Shown here piece after piece: positions 28,134-39,316 of a stretch of DNA of 64,000 nt. The DNA lies in the IMG/VR virus record IMGVR_UViG_3300024358_000009, positions 124,001-188,000 of that record; one strand, given 5' to 3'. Positions within the stretch are counted from its first letter, which is position 1; every line of letters starts with the position of its first letter. The notes below the pieces were generated by a model, which worked only from the letters and a program-made list of their open reading frames with translations, was not told the DNA's origin and ran no database searches. The translations under genes and the position numbers were made by a program.

Positions 28134-31100
28134 ATGAAAGGATTAATTATGGATGATTTTGTTTATGTGGTTAGACTTTCAGATCGTTACTACTTTGTGG
28201 GTTGGTGCAAAGTTGATGTTGTTAATTTCTGGAGAGAAATAAAGAGCATTGTAAATAAATTATATTTTGAAACCTATATAGAAGCAGAGGAAGTTGTAAA
28301 GCTTTTAAAAAGTAAAACAACTTTAAGTTGGGAAGTTAAACAAGTTAATCTGGAGGTCAAGCTATGAAAATTGATGACGCTATTAAGATGTTGCAGGAAG
28401 CAAAAGCGGAAGGGAATAAAAATATTATTTTTGCATTCTGGACAGCAGATATATTTACAAAAGTAAACGACAAGGGAGTTACTAAGAGTTATAAAGAAGG
28501 AGAAGTTTGGAAAAACTTGGTTGAGTTTATTGATAAAAATATGGATTGGGGTTATACGCACGAAGCATTACAAGAGATTATTAATGCTGTAAGAGGTGCT
28601 AAAAATGCATAAGAAACAAATTTTAGAATTTCTTGATGCAGAGACAGAGATAGAAGCTAGATCAAATATGTTTAGATATACAGAGTGCGGGGCGTTCATT
28701 GAATTCAAGGATGATCGTATTATAATTGGCTCAATTGTTGAAGGATCGGAAAATGGAACTGAATATTTTGAATTTGAATATGGCAAATTTACTGCAAATG
28801 AATTCCTAGATGCAATACAAGAAATTGAAAGACAGGCTAGTATAATCTGGGATTGGGCAAATAAAGAAGATGAGAATGGTCTTACAAATGCCGAGAAAGG
28901 ATATGATTGGCCACTACTATGATCAAAGAAGATTTTTTAAAATACCTGAATGCCAGTAATGAATACAGAGCTAGTGTTAATTTCAATTCTTATACAGAAT
29001 ATAAAGTATTCTTAAGATTTGATAAAAACTCTATTTGTTTACATACAGCAGATAATAAAAAATCTCATGTATTAGAATATGGTAAATTTACTAAAGAACA
29101 ATTTGATTTGCTCGTAGATGAACTGGAGAAGTAATGCATACATATTATGCAATTAAACATTCAAATAAAAAACCATGCATTGTTGGTATGGTTCAAGCGT
29201 GGAGAAGGGATACAGCTAATAAAATAGCAGAGGTTTGTTTTGCAAAAAGAAACTCTGACAGAGTGTATTTATATGTACAACCAAAGGGTTTTGTAGATAA
29301 AAATACAAAAAAATATATTTGGAGTAAATTTAAAAAGGTTGCTGACGAATAAATATATATAGCAAGAAAGGAGTTTGATATGACCAGCATGGAAAACAAG
29401 AAAGATTCAAAAAACAAGAAACCAAGATTATCCGATGAGGATATTCTTACTCAAGTTTTTATTCAATGTGGCCGTCCTAAAGACATAATCAAAACTGCTG
29501 TCGTTAATGTTTTTGATAATAGATATAGAGTTAATGTATGGCAAAGCATTAACAATCCATTTCTGCCAAAAGCCGGAAAGATTGTAGCAAGTTTTTTTGT
29601 GGTTGTTACTGACGAACTAGAGGTGAAAGTAATTAAATAAAGGAAATACAATGATTGAATCGCATGGAATGCTTTTAAATTATTTTTGTGTTGACCCATC
29701 TAATTATAAAAACGAAGTTCAAATAAACAACGATCTGTTTCCAGATGGCTTAACCATTAAAAAGGTTGACAATCTAACTGTTTTGTTAAAAGCAAAACAC
29801 GCAATGAAAATCTTGTTTTATCCAATTAAACTTAAAAAGTTAGAAACTGCTTGTAATAACTTAGCAAAAGAAATGAAGGAGGAATCCAATGAAATGGTTT
29901 CAAGATCATAGCAATGTTTGTGCATTAGCACGATGGCTGGCCGGACTTGGAGAGTGGGAAAATATTGGAGATATTGAACTTCCAAATGGACAAACTGTTG
30001 AGGACAATCCAGCCGATAGGCTTATTTACTTCTTTGAAAAACCTTGGAAATGGGATTCTGAATGGGAAGAATTTAAGAAATCTGGGCATTCGTAAGACGA
30101 ATAATATAATATAGGAAGGAGGATATAAAATGATTATACAAATTGATAACCAGTCTAGGCATATATTTGCTGTTGCTGCAAATTACCTTGTAGTAGACGA
30201 AGATAAGATCATTGGTGCTTTTATTACTAAGCGTGAAGCTATTGCACAAGAAAAGGTATATAAAAATGCTAAAGATGATTGCATTGATCTTGTGTCTTAT
30301 GATGCTTAATGGGTGTGGAACTGTTGAGCAATCTGTATCAACCAGCATATCTCCCTATGATTCTAGAGAGATAGAAAAAGTAAATGTGAGTTTTAGATAT
30401 ACTTATACTTTTCCAAAATAAGGAGAATAAAATGAAAATGTATCTTATTAATGGTTATAAAGATAACCAAATTCGTGCCGGACTTCTTGAAAAAGAGTGG
30501 CAAAGTAAAAATGGCACTCCTCTTGTAACATTAAAAATTATTGACCATTACAATGAACATAAGACTGTTTACAGGACTTATCATAAAAATAAATTGGCGG
30601 TAATGAAAGTTCTTGAAATGGATGACAATCTTTTATCTAAATAACTGTACTACTCATACTAGAAGGGTTGAAAATTAAATGGCTAACAAAGGACAAAGCT
30701 GGAAACAAAATCGCTCTATTACTCCAGAAGAATTTGTAAAGGTATTTACCGAAAAGGATTCTTTTGAAGAAGTGGCAGAATATTTTGGCCTTAGTGTTTC
30801 TTCTGTAAAGAACAGGGCGTACTCCTTAAAAAGATCTGGCGTAAACCTAGTGACAAAAAAGAAAAATGCCAAACCATTTTTTGGAACTCAGGGATTTGAT
30901 GTGGATTCGCTAAATAAAATCATTCAGAAGGCGAATAAATAAATAGAGGAGACTAAAATGCCACTAAAGCCAACTGCCGGTGCTGACTATTTTTTAATCT
31001 TTGGTTGTATCTTAACTTTTGTTATAGGTCTTTTTAGGAGTAATAGATATGTATAGAAGGTTCTTTATTACAACTGTAGCGTCTGTTCTTACAGCTGGCT

Positions 31101-32309
31101 TTGCTCTTGCAAAAAAGAAGGTTAGGCAAACTGTTAGCGGTTTTGGAAAAAGCCTTTCTGAAGCTATGACTGATTGCTATAGAAATGCTAGACTTGTTTC
31201 TACTTCATATCAGACTATTACTAGAAGTTCTTCTGGTAGCGGTTCTTCTTGGACTTACACTATGGTAATCGAATATGAAGACTAATTTTGAAAAGTGGGT
31301 TTTACCTAGATCAAACTGGACAATGTATGTTATCCATGTTTGTTCTAGGAAAATGCCAGAACAAATCTGGATTGAAAGATGCGGAAAAGACAGGAAATTA
31401 ATGTTTGCACAAGGTGGTGCAGGAAAAAGAGGTGACATATTAACGGAACAGAAATTGCGGAGTATGGGCTACACACTATTAAAAAAATAGCGGTTGTAGT
31501 AGTTAATGAACACGGAGAAGTTTTTTCAAAAAAAGATAATACTCAGTTTAGCATTGACAAAAACAAGGCATTCGTATTTCATTGTTTAAATGAGGTTCAT
31601 GCCGATATTGTTGTAGAAAAAACAAAGGAGCATACAGGACTTCAAAATTTGCAATGGAGGGCATATGACGAGACAGGCGAAAGCTAAAAAGACAGCAATA
31701 AAAATAGCTAAAGTTATGGCTCGACAACTAGGAAGAAAGATAAAAAACATAAGTTTTGACGATGCTGACACTATTCGTGAAGATTATTTTTCTATTTTTG
31801 GAACAGATAGATTGACACGAAGATATGATTTGGTAAGTATTGTAGCTTGAATTTTTAACACAAACCCAAAGGAGAGAATGATGGAAAGTTTTAAGAAGAT
31901 TATGCCAGTTAGCCTTTTGCTTTGTTCTTTTTACATTATGGGAAGCACATTTTATATTGTGTATCAAAATGCACGATATAACTTTATGGCAAGCATTTAT
32001 AGTGCAGAATCTAGGATTTTGCGTGACGAACTAAATGAAGTTAGATACAAGCCAGATTATGAAAGTGGTTATCGTGATGCAGTAATTAAAATGGGTACTC
32101 CAACAAGCCCAGGAGCCTATACCGATGGATTTACTGCTGCTGCAAAGATTTATCAAAACTCTAGTTATGCAGAAGGATATCACAACGCAATCAAGCAGTT
32201 TGGGTATAACGAAATTCCAAATGCTAATACTAAATTGCCACTAGATAATATAAAAACATCTTCTATTAAAACAGAGGATGTTCCTGTGAGGTTGGCTGAA
32301 GAAAAGTAA
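28134..32309 (+). CDS. Run of small hypothetical genes, including an HTH protein (30679-30942), a Tat-like exported peptide (31049-31285) and a membrane-anchored protein (31878-32309)
   Basis: Tightly packed ORFs; HTH FEEVAEYFGLSVSSVKNR; leader MYRRFFIT. Confidence 0.6.
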
Positions 32310-32324
32310 AATATAAAGTTAATT

Positions 32325-32350
32325 AATGCCCCTTAATTGGGGCATTTTTT
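32325..32350. terminator. Terminator between convergent genes
   Basis: AATGCCCC-TTAATT-GGGGCATT followed by a T run. Confidence 0.75.
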
Positions 32351-32978
32351 AATTATGGAACATCAATGGAAAATTAATAAAATGTATGTTAGTTTTATTT
32401 TCTTTTATAATTTTTGTTATGTATGAAAAGTCTGCTCCATATCCAAAAGATTTCCATTCAGTATTATTTACTAATTCCCTTTTTAAAAAATAACAACATA
32501 AATCAATAGTTCCATTTTTTGGAATTGGTTTTGTGGATTTTAATATTTTGTATAAATAAGGATCATTTTTTATTCTATGTATGCATTCAGATATAACTAC
32601 ATTGCACTCTTTTGTTAAAAATATATTATTCAATAAGTTTAATATTTTTGGATTATAGTAATTATCTTCATTTGTAAAACCAAGTATGTCACAATCTGTT
32701 TTAAGTGCATATTCTCTTCTATATTCATGGCCCCAATGATTTAATCTTTCATTAGACTCAAAACATTTTATTTTTTCCGATAAAAGTTCCAGTTCATAAT
32801 ATTTTTTTCTAATTTTTTCATCTGTTATTTTTCCATCATGAACTATATTTAATTTCCAATTTTCATAAGATTGAGATAAAAATGAATAAACTAAACAGTA
32901 TAATTTATTGATTCTATTTGGTTCATCGTTTAAATATGAAGCTACTGAAAAACCAAAACTTAAATTTGACATATGCAT
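32349..32978 (-). CDS. Glycosyltransferase family 2-like protein
   Basis: Motifs SFLSQSYENW...VHDG, WGHEYR and FTNEDNYY. Confidence 0.7.
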   Translation of the reverse strand: MHMSNLSFGFSVASYLNDEPNRINKLYCLVYSFLSQSYENWKLNIVHDGKITDEKIRKKYYELELLSEKIKCFESNERLNHWGHEYRREYALKTDCDILGFTNEDNYYNPKILNLLNNIFLTKECNVVISECIHRIKNDPYLYKILKSTKPIPKNGTIDLCCYFLKRELVNNTEWKSFGYGADFSYITKIIKENKTNIHFINFPLMFHN

Positions 32979-32998
32979 CCTTGTTTTTTGGAATGTGA

Positions 32999-33658
32999 AT
33001 GATAAATCATTTTATCGAAACTAGATTTAATTTAAAGTATTCTTTTATAAAATATAAGAAGCATTTAAATGAAAATTGGTTAAATTATAGATTAGAATTA
33101 TTTAATAAATTCTGCGCCCCATCAGTTTTAGGACAAAAAAACAAAAACTTTTTTTGGATGATTAAATGTGATTCAGAAACACCAAATGAAATCTTAAACA
33201 AAATAAAAATAGATGATAGAATACATATTTATTTTAATAAAGATGAAAATTTAAATATAAGAAAAGAAATTTCTAATTTAAACCATCCATTTGTTTTCTC
33301 TAGATTTGACAGCGATGATATTTATAGAAATGATTTTACAGAAGAAATAAAAAATAATTCTTCAGTATATGAAGACGAATATCTTATAGATATAAATTAT
33401 TCATCTTTTGATTTATCAAAAAATTTATTTTGTCAAAAAAATATTTATCCTTCTCACTTTGTAAGTATAAAAACAAATAATATTGAAAAAGACATTTATG
33501 AAGATAAACATGTTAATTATTCAAGTAAATATAAAATATTTAAAATAAAAGAAAATTTAGCACTAGAATTAATACATGGAAAAAATATATCTAATAAATT
33601 TAATGAAAATGCAAAAAAAATAGATATAAATTTATCTGATTATAATATACTGCTGTAA
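32999..33658 (+). CDS. Putative rhamnosyltransferase-family glycosyltransferase
   Basis: Motifs HFIETRFN, RLELF..FCAPSV..Q...NF.W and SRFDSDD. Confidence 0.75.
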   Translation: MINHFIETRFNLKYSFIKYKKHLNENWLNYRLELFNKFCAPSVLGQKNKNFFWMIKCDSETPNEILNKIKIDDRIHIYFNKDENLNIRKEISNLNHPFVFSRFDSDDIYRNDFTEEIKNNSSVYEDEYLIDINYSSFDLSKNLFCQKNIYPSHFVSIKTNNIEKDIYEDKHVNYSSKYKIFKIKENLALELIHGKNISNKFNENAKKIDINLSDYNILL

Positions 33659-33709
33659 ATAATTACTGACAATTGGCGAATAAATATTAAGCAACAAAAG
33701 GAGTTTATT

Positions 33710-36700
33710 ATGAAGATAGAAATGGATGGCGAAAAGTATCTTCTTTTTGCAAGTGAAAATGTGAAGCGTGTTTTTTTAAGCAATAAGGTAGCCATATTTG
33801 ATTTAGTAAAACTTTATAAAAATAAACCTTTTACTAAAACTGGCACATGTACAATTGTTAATGTTGGGAATACAAATGTCAGTATTTTAAATATAAAAGC
33901 TTTAGATTTTGAAACTCAGGAAAACATTAATTGTTTTGTGTTACATTGCGTAGGAAATTATAAAGAATTAACGCCAGTAGCAGCTAATAAATGGTCAGTA
34001 ACTCTTTATTGTGGACATAAAGCGATTATTGATGAAACAGTTGATTCGATTGATAAAGATCATAAAGTTCATTGTTTTTTATGTGAGAAGAAAAATTAGG
34101 AATGAGCTATGTCAGAACTAATTATTGAGGAATTAAAAAAAAGAATTCAAGAACTTGAAGAAAAGAATAAAAAGCTGCGTAAAGCATGTCAAAGAGCGTT
34201 TGACTTCGTTGATGACGAAGACAACAATAAAATAGTAGTTAAAATGCCTTTCTCATTTGGTCTGCATTGTGATTTAGCCGAAGCTTTAGATATTCGTGAC
34301 CTAAAAAATTTGAAGGATTAATATGGAAAAGGAAATGATAAATTTAATTTTTGCGATGTATCAGTTGTCTGGTGGGAATAATGGAGAATTGTTTGCGAAG
34401 CTAACAGTAGAAGAACAAACTGTTTTAAGGTCTATCGTTTTTTCAAAGTTATTTTTTAATACAGAGATAAAAAATGGCAATTAAAAGAAACTGCTTCTGC
34501 TGCAATAAAAAACTCAAAGGTTTATATACTAATATAGAAGATCCTCCGTATGACGCTGTATCTTTTTCATCAGATGGAAAATATGGAAGTTCTATATTTG
34601 ATCCATATGAAGAAAATGCACGAATAGAAATTTATATATGCGATGAATGTCTTAAAAAGAAAGCGAAGCTTTCTTATTATTATGAACTAGAACAAAAAAT
34701 AGAGATTAAAAATATTCAGTCTTTTGACAAGAAACTAAAACAGGATGAAGCTATTATTAAAGAAAGAACTAAAAAGTTAATAGCTGCCGTAAAGAAATTT
34801 AAGAGGATGAAGAAAAATGACAAGAGAAGAAGCTGAAATTTATTGCGAAGAAATTGGAGCAAACCCTTTGTATGCAAATGGTTATGACGATTGTATAATT
34901 GGAGTTGGAAGAATATTTCATGATTATAAAATAATCTATGACACTAATAAGATTTTACATAAAATGGTAGAAGAACAAGGCATGACAACTGAAGAAGCTA
35001 TAGAGTTTTACGAATATAATATGGTTGGTGCATACATGGGCGAAGGCACTCCTATATTTTTGGAAAATCATAATGAACAATGAGCAGTTAAACAAAATAA
35101 AAGAAACATGGAAACCAAAAGTAGATAAGCATTATGGAGAATGCTATTTGGCAAATGCAAGATGTGCAATACATTTTCTTTTACTAGAAATAGAAAGGCT
35201 AAAAAATGACATTGCCACAAGAAAGAACAAGGAGTGTGATACAAACTAGAGATTTTTTAATAGATTTAATTAATCCCAAAAAAACGCCAAAAGTTCCAAA
35301 ATACATAAGACTTTCAGCAAAAAGACTTTTAAGACATTTTCCTTGGGATTATCATTTAAAACAAATATCTAAAAAAAATCCTGATGTATTCGGTGACATA
35401 AATGACATATTTACTTTTTCTATTACTAATAATTTTAAGTTTTCTAACGATAAAAAGTATAAGAAAAAATCAAAAAATACTAAAAATCTTTGAAGAAGAG
35501 GCGAATAAGATTATAGATGAAAAGTGCGGTTTAGAAATATTAAAAGTTATTTGTTCAATAGAAAATAAAATACGGAAAATAAAATGACAGATGAAGAAAA
35601 AATTAAATTAGTTATAGAAACAAGAGATGTTTTTGGAGATCCAAGAAGATTGTGTTTGCTTCTTGTTGATGAGATTAAAAATCTAAGATTAGAACTGGAA
35701 AAAGCAAAAGCATATGACTACAGATCCTATGCACCGAATGTTTGGACGCAAGCAGGAGAAAAATATGTTTTCCTGCAATAAAAAAGATGGCAATGGATTT
35801 AAAATTGGTTTTAAGAATGGATATACTTTGTCAGTAAGATTTGGAGTAAGAAACTACTGCGAAAATTTAGGCAAAGAAGATAAGAAATTTTTAAAATCAA
35901 GTGATGCAGAAATAGCCATTATTGATCCAGCAGGAAAGCTAATGCAATTAAATGATCAAGATGCAATATTGGCAAATCAATCAGCAGAAGATTTAGTAGA
36001 AACGCTTTTTAAATATTTTATGATGAAAAATGAAACCTATTAATGTTTTTTTATTAGTGATTTTAGCATTGGTTGGAAGTTATTATAAACAATATATTTA
36101 TCACAAGGAAATTGGTGAAAAATTAATGAATAACCTTTATGAGATGGAACAAAGAGTTATACCAGACGAATCTATTAATGATGTTCCTGCTTATTCAGAA
36201 AAACAAATGATAAAGATAAAAGTAATTCATGAGTGCCAACAACTTATTTATGAGGAGTTTAAGTTATGGAAGTAACAGAAGAATTTATTCAAGAGATTGA
36301 AAAAGACATGCAATCCAATAATGGAAATTGGGTTTCTAATGAAAATGTTACCAAGCTTATTGCAGAAATAAGAAGATTGAAAGGGCTTATTAAGCCATGT
36401 TGTCAGAAAAAGAATTGCGTGAAATAGAAAATAGATTATACAGAGCAACTCCTGGTCCTTGGGTTTCTTCGTATTCTGAAAATGGAAAAACAAGCATATA
36501 TTCAGAAAGTAAGGAGCGAGCATATTTTTATCATGGAGAATGGATTGCAGATGTATCTACGGAAGAAGACTTAAAATTTTTAGTTAATTCTATAGAAGAT
36601 ATACAAAAGCTTTTGAAAGAAGTTTATAGGCTAAAGACTATTTTGGATAAAAACATGTATAAAGAAATTGTTGAAGCATTTTGTCATAAATTAAGTGGAA

Positions 36701-37021
36701 AAACAGATGACAAAAAGTGAGTTATTCAAAAGATTAAATGACATTCACATATCAAAAGTATATGTAATGTTTTCTTATGAAAATAAAGAAATATCAATAA
36801 TAAGTAATGTAATTATCATGCAAGATCAAAGTTATGTTGTTGATTGGGGCGATGATGTTTATAGTGATAAATCATACATAGTAGAACCGATATATAAATA
36901 TGATTTTCAAAATTATGATAGTGTAGATGGATTATTAACATGGGATGTATTAAAGAATAAAGTTATTATAAGTGGTGAAAAAAAGATTGTTACTCTAGAA
37001 AAATTTTCTGAAGAAGTATAG
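33710..37021 (+). CDS. Run of small hypothetical genes
   Basis: Adjacent or overlapping ORFs of 60-130 aa, several with Cys pairs. Confidence 0.6.
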
Positions 37022-37030
37022 TAAATATAT

Positions 37031-37101
37031 GGGCGGTAGTAGTTGATTCACTAGGCAGGGAAACTTCTACTAATTAGCCTTGTTGGCTAAACCGCCCACC
37101 A
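37031..37101 (+). ncRNA. tRNA-like RNA, copy 1 (acceptor stem plus ACCA, no anticodon arm)
   Basis: GGGCGGU...UAGCC-UUGUU-GGCUA-A-ACCGCCC-ACCA. Confidence 0.65.
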
Positions 37102-37114
37102 AACAAGGATTATC

Positions 37115-38023
37115 ATGGAAGAAACTTTAAAAGTTTATGATATGTTTGCTGGTATTGGTGGTTTTTCTCTGGCTTTTCAACAAGCTGGTAATTACGAAAT
37201 AACAGCCAACGCAGAAATAGACAAATATCCTAGCGAAGTATTAAAAAAGAATTTTCCATCTATACCAAACTTTGGCGATGTTACAAAAATAACATATCAA
37301 TCAAATCAGTTTGATGTGATCGTGGGCGGATTTCCTTGCACAGACATTTCTATAGCAAGTAAAACAAAGGACGGTATTTATGGAAAAAGATCTATTCTCT
37401 GGAAAGAATTCTTTAGAGCAGTCACAGAAGTCAGACCAAAATATTGTGTCATTGAAAATGTCTTTATGCTCCTTAGAAGAGGGCTTAACACAATTCTCTC
37501 AGACCTTGCCAAAATCGGGTACGATGCGACTTATACGACCATTGATGCACAATTCTGCGGAACACCACAAAGAAGACGCAGAGTTTACATTCTCGGAGTC
37601 CGTGATGGAATCTCCGCCAACGCCGATATCTTCCAACTTGGAGAGCGTAGTACAACAGAATGTGAACGAAAAGTACAGTCTGTCAAAAAAAGCTTTAAGT
37701 GGTATTTTGAGCAGAGCGAAAAAAGGGAACAAGCCTTTGCCTACTTTACTCGCCAAAGAAGTGATCAATTTGATGAATGCGGAGTATCCTCCACATTAAC
37801 TAAAAGAGATTATAAATCTTTTACAGATTTAGTAGTGTCTAAAGGAAATATACGAAGAGTAACGCCAACAGAAAGACTTAGACTGATGGGTTTTCCCGAT
37901 GATTGGCATTTAACTAATGCCTCAGATACAGATAAGTATAAATATTGTGGAATGCATGTTCCTTCAGTTAAATATATTGCGGAATGCTTAAATAAATATC
38001 ATAAGGAAACTATTAAGGATTGA
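37115..38023 (+). CDS. C5-cytosine DNA methyltransferase family protein
   Basis: Motifs I (DMFAGIGG), IV (GGFPC), VI (ENV), VIII (PQRRRRVY) and IX (RRVTPTERLRLMGFPDDW); atypical motif X. Confidence 0.92.
   Translation: MEETLKVYDMFAGIGGFSLAFQQAGNYEITANAEIDKYPSEVLKKNFPSIPNFGDVTKITYQSNQFDVIVGGFPCTDISIASKTKDGIYGKRSILWKEFFRAVTEVRPKYCVIENVFMLLRRGLNTILSDLAKIGYDATYTTIDAQFCGTPQRRRRVYILGVRDGISANADIFQLGERSTTECERKVQSVKKSFKWYFEQSEKREQAFAYFTRQRSDQFDECGVSSTLTKRDYKSFTDLVVSKGNIRRVTPTERLRLMGFPDDWHLTNASDTDKYKYCGMHVPSVKYIAECLNKYHKETIKD
37380..37799 (+). CDS. Nested alternative-frame ORF inside the methyltransferase gene (possible second subunit)
   Basis: 139 codons open in AT-rich DNA; AAGGA 8 nt before the ATG; contains YSLSKKALSGILSRAKKGNKPLP. 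Confidence 0.55.
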   Translation: MEKDLFSGKNSLEQSQKSDQNIVSLKMSLCSLEEGLTQFSQTLPKSGTMRLIRPLMHNSAEHHKEDAEFTFSESVMESPPTPISSNLESVVQQNVNEKYSLSKKALSGILSRAKKGNKPLPTLLAKEVINLMNAEYPPH

Positions 38024-38661
38024 TCATGTTTGATTTTGCAAAAGCAGCGCCAACTTTTAATGAACACATTAAAGGTCAATTATTTTGGCATGAAGATTTT
38101 TTAAGACATTTCTTGCCAGAAATTGCATCTGTATATATGGAACCAGATAGTGTGGTATATGATTTTGGGGCAAGTACAGGCAATGTTGGATTAGCATTAA
38201 GAGATAAAATAAAAGAAAGAAATATTGAGTTTTATGCTATTGAAAAATGTCAAGAAATGGAACCGTACTATATTGGTGATTATCAAAGTCTAATAATAGG
38301 CGACATGCTAGATATATGTATAAGAGAGTTTTCTTTCGCAACAAGTATTTTAGCATTGTGCTTTATTCATCCAAGTAAAAGAACTGACTTTATAGAAAAA
38401 CTTAAACACAAATGTAAGAATGGTGGAGCATTTTTAATTTTAGAAAAAATGATGCCTCATGGTGGCTATCTTGGTACTGCCTTAAATCGTATTACTTGGA
38501 GAAATAAATTAGAAAATGGCGAGTCTCTTGAACAAGTTGTATACAAAGAACTTTCTCTCAGCGGTGTACAATATCCATTGTGCGAAAAAGAACTAGAAGG
38601 ATTTAAACTTATTTGGGCGTATGGTGATTTTCGTTCTTATATTTGGACTAATGGCTTTTAA
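38020..38661 (+). CDS. CmoA-like SAM-dependent enzyme (candidate carboxy-SAM synthase)
   Basis: FDF...F.EHI start, VYDFGASTG, L.FI...R and GGAFLILEK; overlaps the methyltransferase stop. Confidence 0.7.
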   Translation: MIMFDFAKAAPTFNEHIKGQLFWHEDFLRHFLPEIASVYMEPDSVVYDFGASTGNVGLALRDKIKERNIEFYAIEKCQEMEPYYIGDYQSLIIGDMLDICIREFSFATSILALCFIHPSKRTDFIEKLKHKCKNGGAFLILEKMMPHGGYLGTALNRITWRNKLENGESLEQVVYKELSLSGVQYPLCEKELEGFKLIWAYGDFRSYIWTNGF

Positions 38662-39044
38662 TATATGGCGTATTTATATACGCTATGGAATATAGACCTT
38701 ATATAGAACTGTTGATTTGGTATATAATTTATTTTTTAATTATGTACTCTATGGAAGAAGTTCTAAATGAAAAGTAGTTATTGTCGAATAAACTAATATA
38801 ACCCTAACTCAAGGAGGATTTATGTTCAAGTTTCTTAAGAATATATTTGTAAAGTCTGAAGATCAAATCAATTTAGCTATATTAAAAACAAAGTTGCAAG
38901 ATCTAGAAATAGATAACAAGGATTTTGAAATAGTAAATAATAACTTAAAAGATGAAAATAAGGAACTTACTAATAGAATAAAAGAACTAAACATTAAGCT
39001 TGATTCAATTAAAATTATATTGGATTCTATTAACAAATAATTAT

Positions 39045-39107
39045 GGGCGGTAGCAATTTACCGTGGTGGGATAAGTTGCGTGATCTTGTTGATCAAACCG
39101 CCCACCA
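39045..39107 (+). ncRNA. tRNA-like RNA, copy 2
   Basis: GGGCGGU-A-GCAAUUUA...UAAGUUGC-G-UGAUC-UUGUU-GAUCA-A-ACCGCCC-ACCA. Confidence 0.65.
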
Positions 39108-39121
39108 AGATAGGAGATAAA

Positions 39122-39316
39122 ATGGAAACAGGGAATTTAGTTTTTACAAGAAATTTTGGAGAGTCTTTTACTATTTTCACTCCATCTGGAAACATAGTAA
39201 TAACACTTCTTGCAGATAAGATAAGCATAAATAAAGCAAAAGTAAAAATAAATGCTCCAAAAGATTTTAAAATTATGAGAAATGAAATTATCAATACAAC
39301 GAGGGATAAAAAATGA
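39122..39316 (+). CDS. csrA: CsrA/RsmA family RNA-binding protein
   Basis: LVFTRNFGESFTI...VKINAPKDFKIMRNEI matches the CsrA pattern; TAGGAG RBS before the ATG at 39122. Confidence 0.8.
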   Translation: METGNLVFTRNFGESFTIFTPSGNIVITLLADKISINKAKVKINAPKDFKIMRNEIINTTRDKK

